A stretch of DNA of 60,432 nt, counting the filler, from Nitrospinae bacterium RIFCSPLOWO2_12_FULL_45_22 (GTDB lineage: Bacteria; 2-12-FULL-45-22), in NCBI GenBank assembly GCA_001803565.1. It is 5 parts of 5 records of this genome, joined end to end, with 100 filler letters (N's around TTAATTAATTAA, not from the genome) between each part and the next. Parts side by side here need not be neighbours in the genome. Positions count along the whole stretch, not along the records: positions 1 to 15,238 come from MHDQ01000151.1; 4 more parts are not named here. One strand, 5' to 3'. Position 1 is the first letter of the stretch, and every line of letters begins with the position of its first letter. The translations under genes were made by a program, and so were the position numbers. Positions 1 through 8,735 of the stretch are shown here, piece by piece. Under the pieces are notes generated by a model. It did not search any database. It saw nothing but the letters and a program-made list of their open reading frames with translations, and had not been told where the DNA came from.

Positions 1-2
1 TT

Positions 3-68
3 CAAGAAAAACTCGACGAGCAACTTGAAACTCCCCCAACGAACCAAACAATCGAAAGGCCATTTTGA
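3..68 (+). CDS. C-terminal end of an upstream gene, possibly the restriction endonuclease partner of the methylase
   Basis: Open frame QEKLDEQLETPPTNQTIERPF* stops 1 nt before the methylase ATG at 70. Identity is inferred from context only. Confidence 0.3.
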   Translation, partial: QEKLDEQLETPPTNQTIERPF

Positions 69-69
69 C

Positions 70-1059
70 ATGTCTACACATAGACAAATATCGTTATTTG
101 CAGAATTATCTGAGGAAATAGAAATACCGAAGCCGGTGAATGTAGCATCTGTCCCCCAGCGAAGTCCCTTCCGATATCCTGGTGGGAAGACATGGTTTGT
201 GCCAACATTTAGACAGTGGATGGCGCGTATGAATCCAAAGCCACGTATCCTGGTCGAACCCTTCGTGGGAGGGGGGATAATCAGCCTTACGGCTCTCTTT
301 GAGAATCTGGTTGAAAAGGCAGTCATGGTCGAATTAGATGACGAAATTGCTACTGTCTGGGAATCCGTTGTCAATGGGGATGCCGAATGGTTGGCCAATC
401 GAATCCTTACTTTCAACCTAAGTAAGGAAGCCGTCTTACAGGAGATCAAGAAAAACCCGAACACTAAGAGAGAGAAAGCGTTTCAGACGATTCTGAAGAA
501 TAGGACTTTGCATGGAGGAATACTCGCCGAAGGCTCACGATTTATCAAATATGGAGAGAGTGGGAAAGGAATTCGTTCTCGCTGGTACCCCGGGACTCTC
601 GCCAAAAGGCTTGTAAACCTAAATCATGTTGTGAACAGAATTGATTTCCGATGCGACGATGGATTGAAAGTAATGATGGAATTTTCTGCTACTGAAGAAG
701 TGGTCTACTTCATAGATCCTCCATACACTGCTGGCGGAAAGAAGGCTGGCAAGCGTCTATACAAACACTATGATCTCGACCATGAGGGCTTGTTTACGGT
801 GTGCGAGTCACTAAAGGGTGATTTCCTCATGACGTATGATCATGCAGAAGAAGTGAAGGAAATGGCACGCAGGCATGGATTTCAAATGTGCCTGATTCCT
901 ATGACGAATACTCATCACACGACACTGAAGGAATTAGTCATTGGTAGGGATTTGTCATGGATGGACAGATTTCCCGCAGTGCATGAGCCTGAAGCTAACT
1001 ATCGGGTCAAGAAGAAAAAGGAGAAACGTCCTAACAAAGGGGTGGAGCGGATGCGCTAA
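70..1059 (+). CDS. DNA N6-adenine methyltransferase (Dam/D12 class)
   Basis: Motifs SPFRYPGGK, EPFVGGG (SAM binding) and YFIDPPY (catalytic). ATG at 70 preferred over TTG at 25, which overlaps the upstream gene. Confidence 0.92.
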   Translation: MSTHRQISLFAELSEEIEIPKPVNVASVPQRSPFRYPGGKTWFVPTFRQWMARMNPKPRILVEPFVGGGIISLTALFENLVEKAVMVELDDEIATVWESVVNGDAEWLANRILTFNLSKEAVLQEIKKNPNTKREKAFQTILKNRTLHGGILAEGSRFIKYGESGKGIRSRWYPGTLAKRLVNLNHVVNRIDFRCDDGLKVMMEFSATEEVVYFIDPPYTAGGKKAGKRLYKHYDLDHEGLFTVCESLKGDFLMTYDHAEEVKEMARRHGFQMCLIPMTNTHHTTLKELVIGRDLSWMDRFPAVHEPEANYRVKKKKEKRPNKGVERMR

Positions 1060-1089
1060 TCGCGCGCCGCTCACCCCTGATCGTTCGGA
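1029..1089 (+). mobile_element. Integron attC site
   Basis: Starts TCCTAAC, ends GTTCGGA. Arms GGGGTG(G)AGCGG / CCGCTCACCCC pair with one extrahelical G. Overlaps the methylase stop codon. Confidence 0.8.
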
Positions 1090-1094
1090 GAAAA

Positions 1095-1344
1095 AATGGT
1101 TTTGACTCGACCCCCGAGTCGAACCCGATACCTTAGGCCGAGAAAGGAGGGAGCATTATGAGATTTAAAAGTTCCCAAATTTCTCATCTGTTGTATCGTG
1201 TTTCGAGAGCTATGGGCTCAACCCTAGCTCGAATTTATAGGCTTTGTTGCGGAATTGAGTTCAGCGGTATCGGGGTTTCTCTGATCCCTGGAATTATTAC
1301 CTGTAACATCAGCTTTCGGGCTGGGGGGTCGGGTCAAAACCATT
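1095..1344. mobile_element. About 250-bp element with 21-bp terminal inverted repeats (MITE-like)
   Basis: AATGGTTTTGACTCGACCCCC (1095-1115) and GGGGGTCGGGTCAAAACCATT (1324-1344) are 20/21 complementary. Confidence 0.6.
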
Positions 1345-1410
1345 ATTCAATTTTTACTTAACTCCCAACTCAATTTGATAGAAAACGATAATTCTCTGAT
1401 AATTGATTGA

Positions 1411-1668
1411 ATGCCGACTGTTAAAAATATTCCAGGGCCATATCGTTTTTTCTTTTATAGCTTTGACTGTAATGAGCCAATGCATGTACATGCTCAGCGG
1501 GAAGGAACAGTTTGTAAGTTTTGGTTGGAACCTGTTGTGTTGAGCAAAAATCACGGCTTTACGTCAAAGGAGCTAAATACTATACGGGAAATCATTTATA
1601 ATAATAGAAACAAAATAGTGGAGGCATGGCATGAGCACTGCGGTAAAACTTCAGGAAGTAAGAATTAA
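1411..1668 (+). CDS. DUF4160-family protein (putative toxin-antitoxin component)
   Basis: MPTV..GPYRFFFYS.D..EPMHVH...CKFWL pattern; overlaps the DUF2442-like gene. Confidence 0.85.
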   Translation: MPTVKNIPGPYRFFFYSFDCNEPMHVHAQREGTVCKFWLEPVVLSKNHGFTSKELNTIREIIYNNRNKIVEAWHEHCGKTSGSKN

Positions 1669-1927
1669 GGATATAAGTGTTACCGAGGACACAATTACTG
1701 CCTATCTTATTGATGGCCGGATAATTAGTGTTCCTCTTGCTTGGTCATGGAGATTGTCAGAGGCAACACCTGAGCAGCGTGCTAATTACGAGATTATCGG
1801 AGATGGTCAGGGCGTACATTGGCCAGATATCGATGAGGATATTAGCGCAGAAGGGATGTTATATGGTATCCCTGCTCCCAGACCTCGAAAATCTCACAAG
1901 TTAAGGTTAAAATCTAAAAAAGACTAA
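1631..1927 (+). CDS. DUF2442-family protein (putative toxin-antitoxin component)
   Basis: L.DGR.ISVPLAW...L..ATPEQR...G.GVHWPDIDEDIS pattern. Confidence 0.88.
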   Translation: MSTAVKLQEVRIKDISVTEDTITAYLIDGRIISVPLAWSWRLSEATPEQRANYEIIGDGQGVHWPDIDEDISAEGMLYGIPAPRPRKSHKLRLKSKKD

Positions 1928-1955
1928 AGTGATGATGCATAGCCAATCACTCCTC

Positions 1956-2312
1956 GTGCCAAGCAAAATCCAGGTCGAAGGGATCGGGCGGTAGCCCATG
2001 AAATTCGATAATGTTACCCAGTGGGTGAGGGCCGACACGGCCCAAGTCCCACCTGACTAAAGTTTAGCCAACAGGTCAGTAGGGAAGTCTGCGGGTAAGC
2101 CCGGTAACGGGAGTCCGAAGCCGGATGGATTAAGGGTGCAGGCTCTGAATTGAGCCCCGAAATATGTATAGTTGTGGTCATTAGGATAGCCTCTCGGAGT
2201 GGAGAGAGTGAAAGCCGACGGCAAGGAAGATGGTAAGAAGAGGCCGATAAGCAAACCCTGCTTTGAGGACAAGATAGTCCAGAGGGCGGTGGTGATGATA
2301 TTGGAGGCAATT
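1956..2312 (+). pseudogene. Internally deleted group II intron remnant: 5' ribozyme domain I joined to a 30-codon reverse transcriptase fragment
   Basis: Domain I-like tracts (CCCAGTGGGTGA..AAGTCCCACC, GGTAACGGG..CGAAGC, TTGAGCCCCGAAAT). 2223-2312 translates KEDGKKRPISKPCFEDKIVQRAVVMILEAI, typical of RT motifs 1-2 of intron-encoded proteins. The 5' boundary is approximate. Confidence 0.8.
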
Positions 2313-2384
2313 AGCCGTAATCGGCATGCCAAAGCGGTAGAAGGATGTTACTTGAATAAGTGATGACCTAAGGAGAGGATATGC

Positions 2385-3614
2385 TTATTCGTACCTCAGG
2401 GCTTCGATGGGATGGAGTTTGGAGGCCCTGCGAGCCGGGTAGAGGCCAAAAAATATCCCTACGGCAGCGGCAAATAAGAAGGCCAGCAGGATAGCCGGGC
2501 CAGTAACCAGTATCGGCCACCCGAAGAAATGGCCTATTAAATAAGCTCCGCCAATACCCAACAAGAGTCCAAACAGGCCACCACTCACGCTTAATACTAC
2601 TGCCTCGATCAGGAATTGACTCAGGATATCCCGTTCCCTGGCCCCTACCGCTATACGAATACCGATCTCTTTGGTCCTTTCGGTGACTGAGACCAACATA
2701 ATATTCATAATACCTATCCCACCAACGATAAGAGAGATGGAGGCAATCGCCCCTAAAAGGAAAGACATTACCCTGGCCGATTGTTCGGCGGCCGCCATCA
2801 TTTCACTCAGGTTGCGGATAGAAAAGTCATCCTCCTGCTCCTCCCGGGAAAGGCCATGTCGTTGCCGTAATAAAGTCCTTATCTGTTCTTCTGCTTCTGC
2901 CATGCGCTCAATAGACTTGGCCTTTACCATAATATAACGGACTACACCAGGTAGCTCCTCCCGGAATAATCGCTTCATGGCGGTGGTGAGAGGCACGAGA
3001 ATAGCATCATCCTGATCCTGTCCCAGGGGGGATTGGCCCTTATATACAAGAACCCCAATTACCCGGAAGGGAACCTTATTAATGCGGATGATCTGGCCTA
3101 AAGGCTCTGAGTCGCCAAAGAGTTGCTTAACCACAGTCTGGCCCAGGAGGCAGACCTTGACTGCCCCATCCATCTCTAAACGGCTAAAGAATCTCCCTTT
3201 CACTGGTTTCCAGCCCCGAACTTCTTCATAATCCGGGGTGACACCACTGACTAAAGTACTCCAGTTCTGATTGCCATAGACCACCTGAGCCGTGCCGGGG
3301 AAGATAGGAGCGGCATATTGCGCAGCATCACACTCCTGTTCTATAGCTCTGGCATCATCGAGGGTGAGGGTTGGTTTAGAGCCAAAACCCATACGTAAAC
3401 CACCACTGGTAGTACTACCGGGGATGATAATCAACAGATTAGAGCCGATGCTGGCTATTTGTTGGGAGATAGTTTGTTGGGCACCGGTTCCTATAGCAAT
3501 CATAACAATGACAGCCGCTACGCCTATGATTACTCCTAGCATAGTCAACGAAGAGCGGGTTTTGTTAGCCAGCAGGGCCTTCGAAGCAGTCTTGATGCTA
3601 AGCACCAGGGTCAT
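2385..3614 (-). CDS. MacB/FtsX-family ABC transporter permease
   Basis: RSSLTMLGVIIGVAAV and VGGIGIMNIMLVSVTERTKEIGIR motifs. Confidence 0.95.
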   Translation of the reverse strand: MTLVLSIKTASKALLANKTRSSLTMLGVIIGVAAVIVMIAIGTGAQQTISQQIASIGSNLLIIIPGSTTSGGLRMGFGSKPTLTLDDARAIEQECDAAQYAAPIFPGTAQVVYGNQNWSTLVSGVTPDYEEVRGWKPVKGRFFSRLEMDGAVKVCLLGQTVVKQLFGDSEPLGQIIRINKVPFRVIGVLVYKGQSPLGQDQDDAILVPLTTAMKRLFREELPGVVRYIMVKAKSIERMAEAEEQIRTLLRQRHGLSREEQEDDFSIRNLSEMMAAAEQSARVMSFLLGAIASISLIVGGIGIMNIMLVSVTERTKEIGIRIAVGARERDILSQFLIEAVVLSVSGGLFGLLLGIGGAYLIGHFFGWPILVTGPAILLAFLFAAAVGIFFGLYPARRASKLHPIEALRYE

Positions 3615-4309
3615 AGGGTTATCCTTTCGTCTTTCATGATCTGGCCGTCCCTAAAATATACCCGGCGTTGGCAAAAGGCAGCAATATCTGCCTCATGAGT
3701 AACCAGGACGATGGTGATTCCTTTTTCCCGGTTCAATCGCTGGAAGATTTCCATTATCTCCAGGCTGGTCTTGGAATCTAGATTACCCGTAGGTTCATCT
3801 GCCAGGATAATCTCTGGCTCATTGATCAGGGCCCGGGCAATAGCTACCCGCTGCTGCTCACCGCCGGATAATTGGGTAGGGAGATGATACTCTCTTCCTT
3901 CTAGGCCGACATTCTTTAGGCCAGCTAAGCTAATCTCTTGTCGCCTTTTTCCTGAGATAGCACCGGCATTGTAGAGCAGAGGCAGTTCAACATTTTCCAG
4001 GGCGGTAGCCCGGGGCAAGAGGTTGAAGCCCTGAAAGATAAAGCCAACATATTTGTTCCGGATATGGGCCAGTTGGTTATTGCTTAGGCTTTCTACATCA
4101 GTACCCTTAAATAGATAAGTCCCTTTAGTAGGCCGGTCCAAGCATCCCAATACATTCAACAAGCTGGATTTGCCGGAACCAGAAGCCCCTAAGATAGCGA
4201 TAAAGTCCCCCGGGGCAATACTCAAAGATATCCCCTGCAATGCCGGAATCTGTACTGTACCCCGGGTATAGCTCTTCTCCAGCCCGTGCACTTCCATTAA
4301 ATTAGGCAT
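3611..4309 (-). CDS. MacB/LolD-type ABC transporter ATP-binding protein
   Basis: Walker [17 protein letters not shown] signature, [11 protein letters not shown]. Confidence 0.95.
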   Translation of the reverse strand: MPNLMEVHGLEKSYTRGTVQIPALQGISLSIAPGDFIAILGASGSGKSSLLNVLGCLDRPTKGTYLFKGTDVESLSNNQLAHIRNKYVGFIFQGFNLLPRATALENVELPLLYNAGAISGKRRQEISLAGLKNVGLEGREYHLPTQLSGGEQQRVAIARALINEPEIILADEPTGNLDSKTSLEIMEIFQRLNREKGITIVLVTHEADIAAFCQRRVYFRDGQIMKDERITL

Positions 4310-4356
4310 CTTAAAATTTGGGTAATTACACAGGTTTAACCGAAACAGTTTTTGCT

Positions 4357-4508
4357 TTCATTGCAAAATTAGCAATTAACAATGCTAGGCGAGAGGCTAT
4401 GGGCAAGAGGCAATGGGAAGCAAATAAAGAATTCATAGCCCATCGCCTATTGCCCTTTTCCTCTATTATTTTGAAATGCTAATTGATAATTTTGCATTTT
4501 GCATTGAA
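4357..4508. repeat. Heptamer-periodic palindromic element (TTCATTGCAAAATTAGCAAT...TTTTGCATTTTGCATTGAA) enclosing a second heptamer palindrome
   Basis: Left 20 bp identical and right 40/41 bp identical to 54281-54408. Inner AGGCGAG-AGGCTAT-GGGCAAG-AGGCAAT is answered by CATAGCC-CATCGCC-TATTGCC. Confidence 0.8.
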
Positions 4509-4516
4509 TATACAAA

Positions 4517-5719
4517 TTAGAAGAATCTTATCCGGCCTGGCTGGGAGCGCCCCTTCTGGCCAGAACCAGAGACCTCATCTAATATGCCTATTACTACCTC
4601 TTGCCCTTCCTTCAAACTGCCCTCTTTGATCTCGGTAAAGATACCATCACTTATCCCCACCCTAACCGGCACCTGAACCAGCTCGCGATCACGATTTAAG
4701 ACCCAGAGAGAATTATTTTTACCAGGGTTTCTATTTCCCCTATTGCTTTTGTCCCCTTCGGCTAGCGATTCAGGTTGAAAGCGGAAGGCGCTGGTAGGTA
4801 CCTTCAAGATACCCTCCTTATGTGCTGTGATGAGTGAGACCGTAGCGGTCATACCCGGTTTAATCTTATATTCAGGATTTTTTACCTCCATGATCACATC
4901 ATAGGTAACGACATTCTGAATAGACCTGGGATTGTTCCGTATCTGAGAGACCGTCCCGGGAAATGTCTCGTTAGGGTAGGCATCTACATAAAAAGTGCCT
5001 TTCTGGCCCACTGCTACCTGGCCGATATCTGCCTCGTCTACATTAGCTTCAAGCTGCATCCTGGTAAGATCCTGGGCAATAGTGAATAGGATAGGGGTCT
5101 GGAAGCTGGCAGCCACGGTCTGCCCTACATCTACATGCCGTGCGATGACTATGCCATCCACCGGTGAAGGGATAGTAGTATACCGGAGATTGGTCTCTGC
5201 CAATTCCAGATTAGCTTTAGCCTGGTCTACCTGGGCCCCGGCTGACTTGAGCTGAGCCACAGCCATTTCATAGTTAGTAAGGGCAGTATCCAGCTCGTCC
5301 TCCGAGATAACTTTTCTGGCAAAAAGGGCCTGATGTCTCTTCAGGGTCCTCTGGGTATCTTTTACCCGCACCTTAGCTATCTCCAGGTTGGCCTCCGCAT
5401 TTTTTAGATTAGCCCTGGCCTGGGTGAACTGGGCCTTAAAAGGCGCTGGGTCAATTTGGGCTACTATCTGCCCTTGCTTTACCGGGGAGTTGAAATCAAC
5501 AAATATGGACTGGATACGGCCAGAGACCTGGCTACCAACCAGCACCGTAGTCAAGGGATTCAAGGTACCGGTGGCAGAAATGGTAGCGGTAATGGCGCCC
5601 CGCTCCACCCGGACAGTCTTATATTGCGTAGTCGAGGCTTTTCCTCTGAATAATAAATAACCCAGTAATATAGTTACTGCCAGGATCAGAGATAGGCTGA
5701 TAATGATCTTTGCTTTCAT
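4517..5719 (-). CDS. MacA-like efflux periplasmic adaptor (membrane fusion protein)
   Basis: N-terminal TM segment, VGSQVSGRI, SPVDGIVI, VDEADIG motifs. Start uncertain (5719 or 5728). Confidence 0.92.
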   Translation of the reverse strand: MKAKIIISLSLILAVTILLGYLLFRGKASTTQYKTVRVERGAITATISATGTLNPLTTVLVGSQVSGRIQSIFVDFNSPVKQGQIVAQIDPAPFKAQFTQARANLKNAEANLEIAKVRVKDTQRTLKRHQALFARKVISEDELDTALTNYEMAVAQLKSAGAQVDQAKANLELAETNLRYTTIPSPVDGIVIARHVDVGQTVAASFQTPILFTIAQDLTRMQLEANVDEADIGQVAVGQKGTFYVDAYPNETFPGTVSQIRNNPRSIQNVVTYDVIMEVKNPEYKIKPGMTATVSLITAHKEGILKVPTSAFRFQPESLAEGDKSNRGNRNPGKNNSLWVLNRDRELVQVPVRVGISDGIFTEIKEGSLKEGQEVVIGILDEVSGSGQKGRSQPGRIRFF

Positions 5720-5915
5720 ACTACCCATATAATTAGTGCTGACTTTTCCCGAACGGTACAAACATTCTTCCATATATAAAAATTTTAGCATAAAAGGATT
5801 ACTTTCTTAAGAGACACTAAATGATCATGAAACTCTAATGAGGGAGTGGGTTAAAGAACGAGGTTGGAGTCACTGGGCAGGGTAAGGCCCTGCGGCTATA
5901 TTTTAATCAATCTAA

Positions 5916-7130
5916 TCAATCCCTTGCCAGGATCTCGCGAGATATGATGACCCGCTGGATCTCTGAAGTCCCTTCATAGATAGTAGTTATCCGGGCATCC
6001 CGATAGTGTCGCTCTACCCCATATTCCCGGATATAGCCATAACCACCATGGATCTGTAATGCCTCATCTGCGACTTGTTTAGCCATCTCTGAGGCAAAGA
6101 GCTTAGCCATAGAAGAGGCCAGGAGAAAATCCTCACCCTGATCTTTTAAATAGGCCGCCCCTAAATACATCTTGCGGGCCGCCGTAATACCGACGACCAT
6201 ATCGGCCAGCTTGAATTGGATGGCCTGGAAATTAGATATCGGTTGGTCAAACTGAACCCTTTCCTGTGAGTATTTTAATGCCTTTTGATAAGCGGCTTTA
6301 GCAATACCTACCGCCTGGGCTGCAATCTCTATCCGGCCCCCGGTCAAGCCTCGCAAGACATACGAGAGACCTTTTCCCGGCATACCCAGCAGGTTCTCTT
6401 TAGGTACCAGGCAATTCTCTAATACCAGTTCAGTAGTAGGTGAGGCATGGATTCCCAGCTTTTCTTCTACTTTTCCGATGCCAAATCCCGGGGCTTTTCT
6501 CTCCACCACAAACGCACTTAGACCTTTCTTGCCTTTAGCTCGGTCCGTAGCGGCCAGGACAATGTAGATATCGGCTTTGCCACCATTGGTAATAAACTGC
6601 TTGACTCCATTCAGCAAATAATGATCGCCATCGAGGTCAGCGGCCATCTTGCAGTTGCCTACATCAGAGCCAGCATTAGGTTCAGTAAAGGCAATGGCCC
6701 CCAGCATCTCTCCCCGGGCTAATTTGGGCAGGTATTTTTGGCGGGCTTCCGGGGCGCCTAACTCTACTATAGAGTCAATAGCTGTCCCATGCACCGCCAT
6801 AGCTACAGCTATGCACGGGCAAGCAGCGGCAATAATCTCAATGGTAACAGCATAAAAGGTATATGGCATACCCCCTCCGCCATACTGCTCTGGTATAAAA
6901 GTACCTAATATACCACTTTCCCCCAGCTTTTGTATTATCTCATCCATACCCGAAGGGAGGATTATCTGACCGTTCTCACAACGAATACCTTCCTGGTCAA
7001 AGCGGCCAGCCATAGGCTCTATCTCGGCAGCAAACTTCTGCGCCAAATCCAGCAGCATAAACCCCGTCTCCAGTTGATCGGCAGAAAAGTTCATGCTTTT
7101 CAGTTCCCGTTTTATATCCTTCATGTCCAA
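5916..7130 (-). CDS. Acyl-CoA dehydrogenase
   Basis: TEPNAGSD, KQFITNG, ALQIHGGYGY, YEGTSEIQ with the catalytic Glu. Confidence 0.95.
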   Translation of the reverse strand: MDMKDIKRELKSMNFSADQLETGFMLLDLAQKFAAEIEPMAGRFDQEGIRCENGQIILPSGMDEIIQKLGESGILGTFIPEQYGGGGMPYTFYAVTIEIIAAACPCIAVAMAVHGTAIDSIVELGAPEARQKYLPKLARGEMLGAIAFTEPNAGSDVGNCKMAADLDGDHYLLNGVKQFITNGGKADIYIVLAATDRAKGKKGLSAFVVERKAPGFGIGKVEEKLGIHASPTTELVLENCLVPKENLLGMPGKGLSYVLRGLTGGRIEIAAQAVGIAKAAYQKALKYSQERVQFDQPISNFQAIQFKLADMVVGITAARKMYLGAAYLKDQGEDFLLASSMAKLFASEMAKQVADEALQIHGGYGYIREYGVERHYRDARITTIYEGTSEIQRVIISREILARD

Positions 7131-7162
7131 TAACCTTATCCAGGGCTTGTCGAAAAATCTTA

Positions 7163-8218
7163 TTAATAATTACTTAATAACCGGCTGACTGCGTTGGCAG
7201 TATAATCAACTATAGCAATAATGCGGGGATATTCCATCCTTTTAGGCCCGATTATCCCCAGGGTGCCAACCGTCTTATTCCCATATTTATAGGTATGCGT
7301 AACCAGGCTACAATCTTGCATTTCTTCCACCATACTCTCTGACCCGATTAATATCCTTACCCCTTCTTCCTCCATACATTTATCTAAGAGTTTAATAAGG
7401 TTACTTTTTTCTTCGAAGGCGGTAAAGATAGCCTTCATTTTTTCTATATTACTGGCAAACTCCGGTTGGTCGAGGATGTTAACCGTCCCACCCAGATAGA
7501 TTTCTCCCTCTAAACCCGTTTGTTCAGAAAAGGTTCTTTTACTTAATTGGATAGCTTTTTTTAACAGGTTATCATATTCTTCCTTTTCCTTGCGCATCAT
7601 TTTTTCAACCTTATGGCGTATCTCCCGCAAGGTCATACCGGCAAACTCATGGTTCAGATAATGTGATATACTTTCTAGCTTGTCCTGCGAAATATCTTCA
7701 TCTAGCTCGATAATTTTGTTATGTACCAGGCCAGATTCAGTCACAAATATAACCAGAGCCTGATCAGCACGCATACGGATAAATTCTATATGCTTAAATA
7801 CGCTGATGGATAATTTAGGAAGGAATACTAACCCTGCCTGCCTGGAGATAGCAGAGAGCATCCTGGAGGTAGTTTCCATAATTTGTTCAAGCTCGTTGAG
7901 ATTCTCTTTCAGTCTCCGGTCTATCTGATCAGTTTCAGCCTTTGACAGAGGGGGAATATTTACCAGGTTGTCCACATAAATCCGATACGCCCGGTCAGTA
8001 GGCATGCGGCCTGCAGAGGTGTGGGGTTGAGTCAATAAACCCATCTCTTCTAAGTCTGCCATAGTATTCCTTATAGTGGCTGGGCTCAAGCCCAGGGTGT
8101 ACTTCTTAGAAATGGTTCTAGAGCCCACAGGTTCTGCAGTAGCAATATGGCTATCAACTAGAGCCATCAAAATTGCTCTATTCCTTTCACTTAATAGGTA
8201 TTGATCGGCTATAGACAT
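7163..8218 (-). CDS. hrcA: Heat-inducible transcription repressor HrcA
   Basis: EPVGSRTI, LSPATIRN.MADLE, QPHTSAGR, GIIGPKRMEY motifs. Confidence 0.97.
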   Translation of the reverse strand: MSIADQYLLSERNRAILMALVDSHIATAEPVGSRTISKKYTLGLSPATIRNTMADLEEMGLLTQPHTSAGRMPTDRAYRIYVDNLVNIPPLSKAETDQIDRRLKENLNELEQIMETTSRMLSAISRQAGLVFLPKLSISVFKHIEFIRMRADQALVIFVTESGLVHNKIIELDEDISQDKLESISHYLNHEFAGMTLREIRHKVEKMMRKEKEEYDNLLKKAIQLSKRTFSEQTGLEGEIYLGGTVNILDQPEFASNIEKMKAIFTAFEEKSNLIKLLDKCMEEEGVRILIGSESMVEEMQDCSLVTHTYKYGNKTVGTLGIIGPKRMEYPRIIAIVDYTANAVSRLLSNY

Positions 8219-8318
8219 GATAAGACTACCCCTCCCCCTTTAAATATGCGCAACTTAACCCTCGGGAGATAGTAAAAAATTATATATTTAATGGGTAGAA
8301 TTTTCAACTTCATCTCGC

Positions 8319-8347
8319 TTATTACCAACTTATCGTACCTTTGTCAA
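8319..8347 (-). promoter_or_regulatory. Putative sigma70 promoter of hrcA
   Basis: TTGACA-N17-TAATAA on the minus strand. Confidence 0.55.
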
Positions 8348-8497
8348 GCAAACTTAATCTGGACATTCCCCAAAAATTTATCCCTGGAAGGGTAAATTAA
8401 CGTATGGGACATGGTTTTAGAAGATAGGAAAGGTGAAATTTTCCGGGGAGACTCCAAACACAAAATTCTTCTTGACCTTTGAAGGATATTTATATTA

Positions 8498-8627
8498 TCC
8501 TGAATTAGGCAAACATATGCCTAAGCTTTTGTAGGGCGGGGCTTTAGTCCGGTAACTGTGGTGATATAACTCAAGCCTAAAGGCTTGCCCGACAATGCTT
8601 TGCAATGAAGATTGCATAATTCGGTAT
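8498..8627. repeat. Imperfect inverted-repeat element enclosing a GTAG-type REP-like doublet
   Basis: ATCCTGAATTAGGCAA / TTGCATAATTCGGTAT match at 13/16. Inside: GTAGGGCGGGGCTTTAGTCC...CAAGCCTAAAGGCTTGCCCGAC. Confidence 0.5.
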
Positions 8628-8735
8628 CTTTAGTATCTTTACCCCGTTAGAAAGGAAGTTCGCTCGGTAAAGGCGGGGAGGGGAAAATTAAGGGTGTAGG
8701 GGGTTTATAATCTTTAGTTTAGGGGAGGCTAGGTT

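Noticed and set aside
1158-1361. 67-aa ORF with a good RBS
   Set aside because: Lies in an inverted-repeat element, crosses its end, and has no recognisable motif.
2014-2332. Two minus-strand ORFs of 98 and 91 aa
   Set aside because: Antisense shadows of the group II intron remnant.
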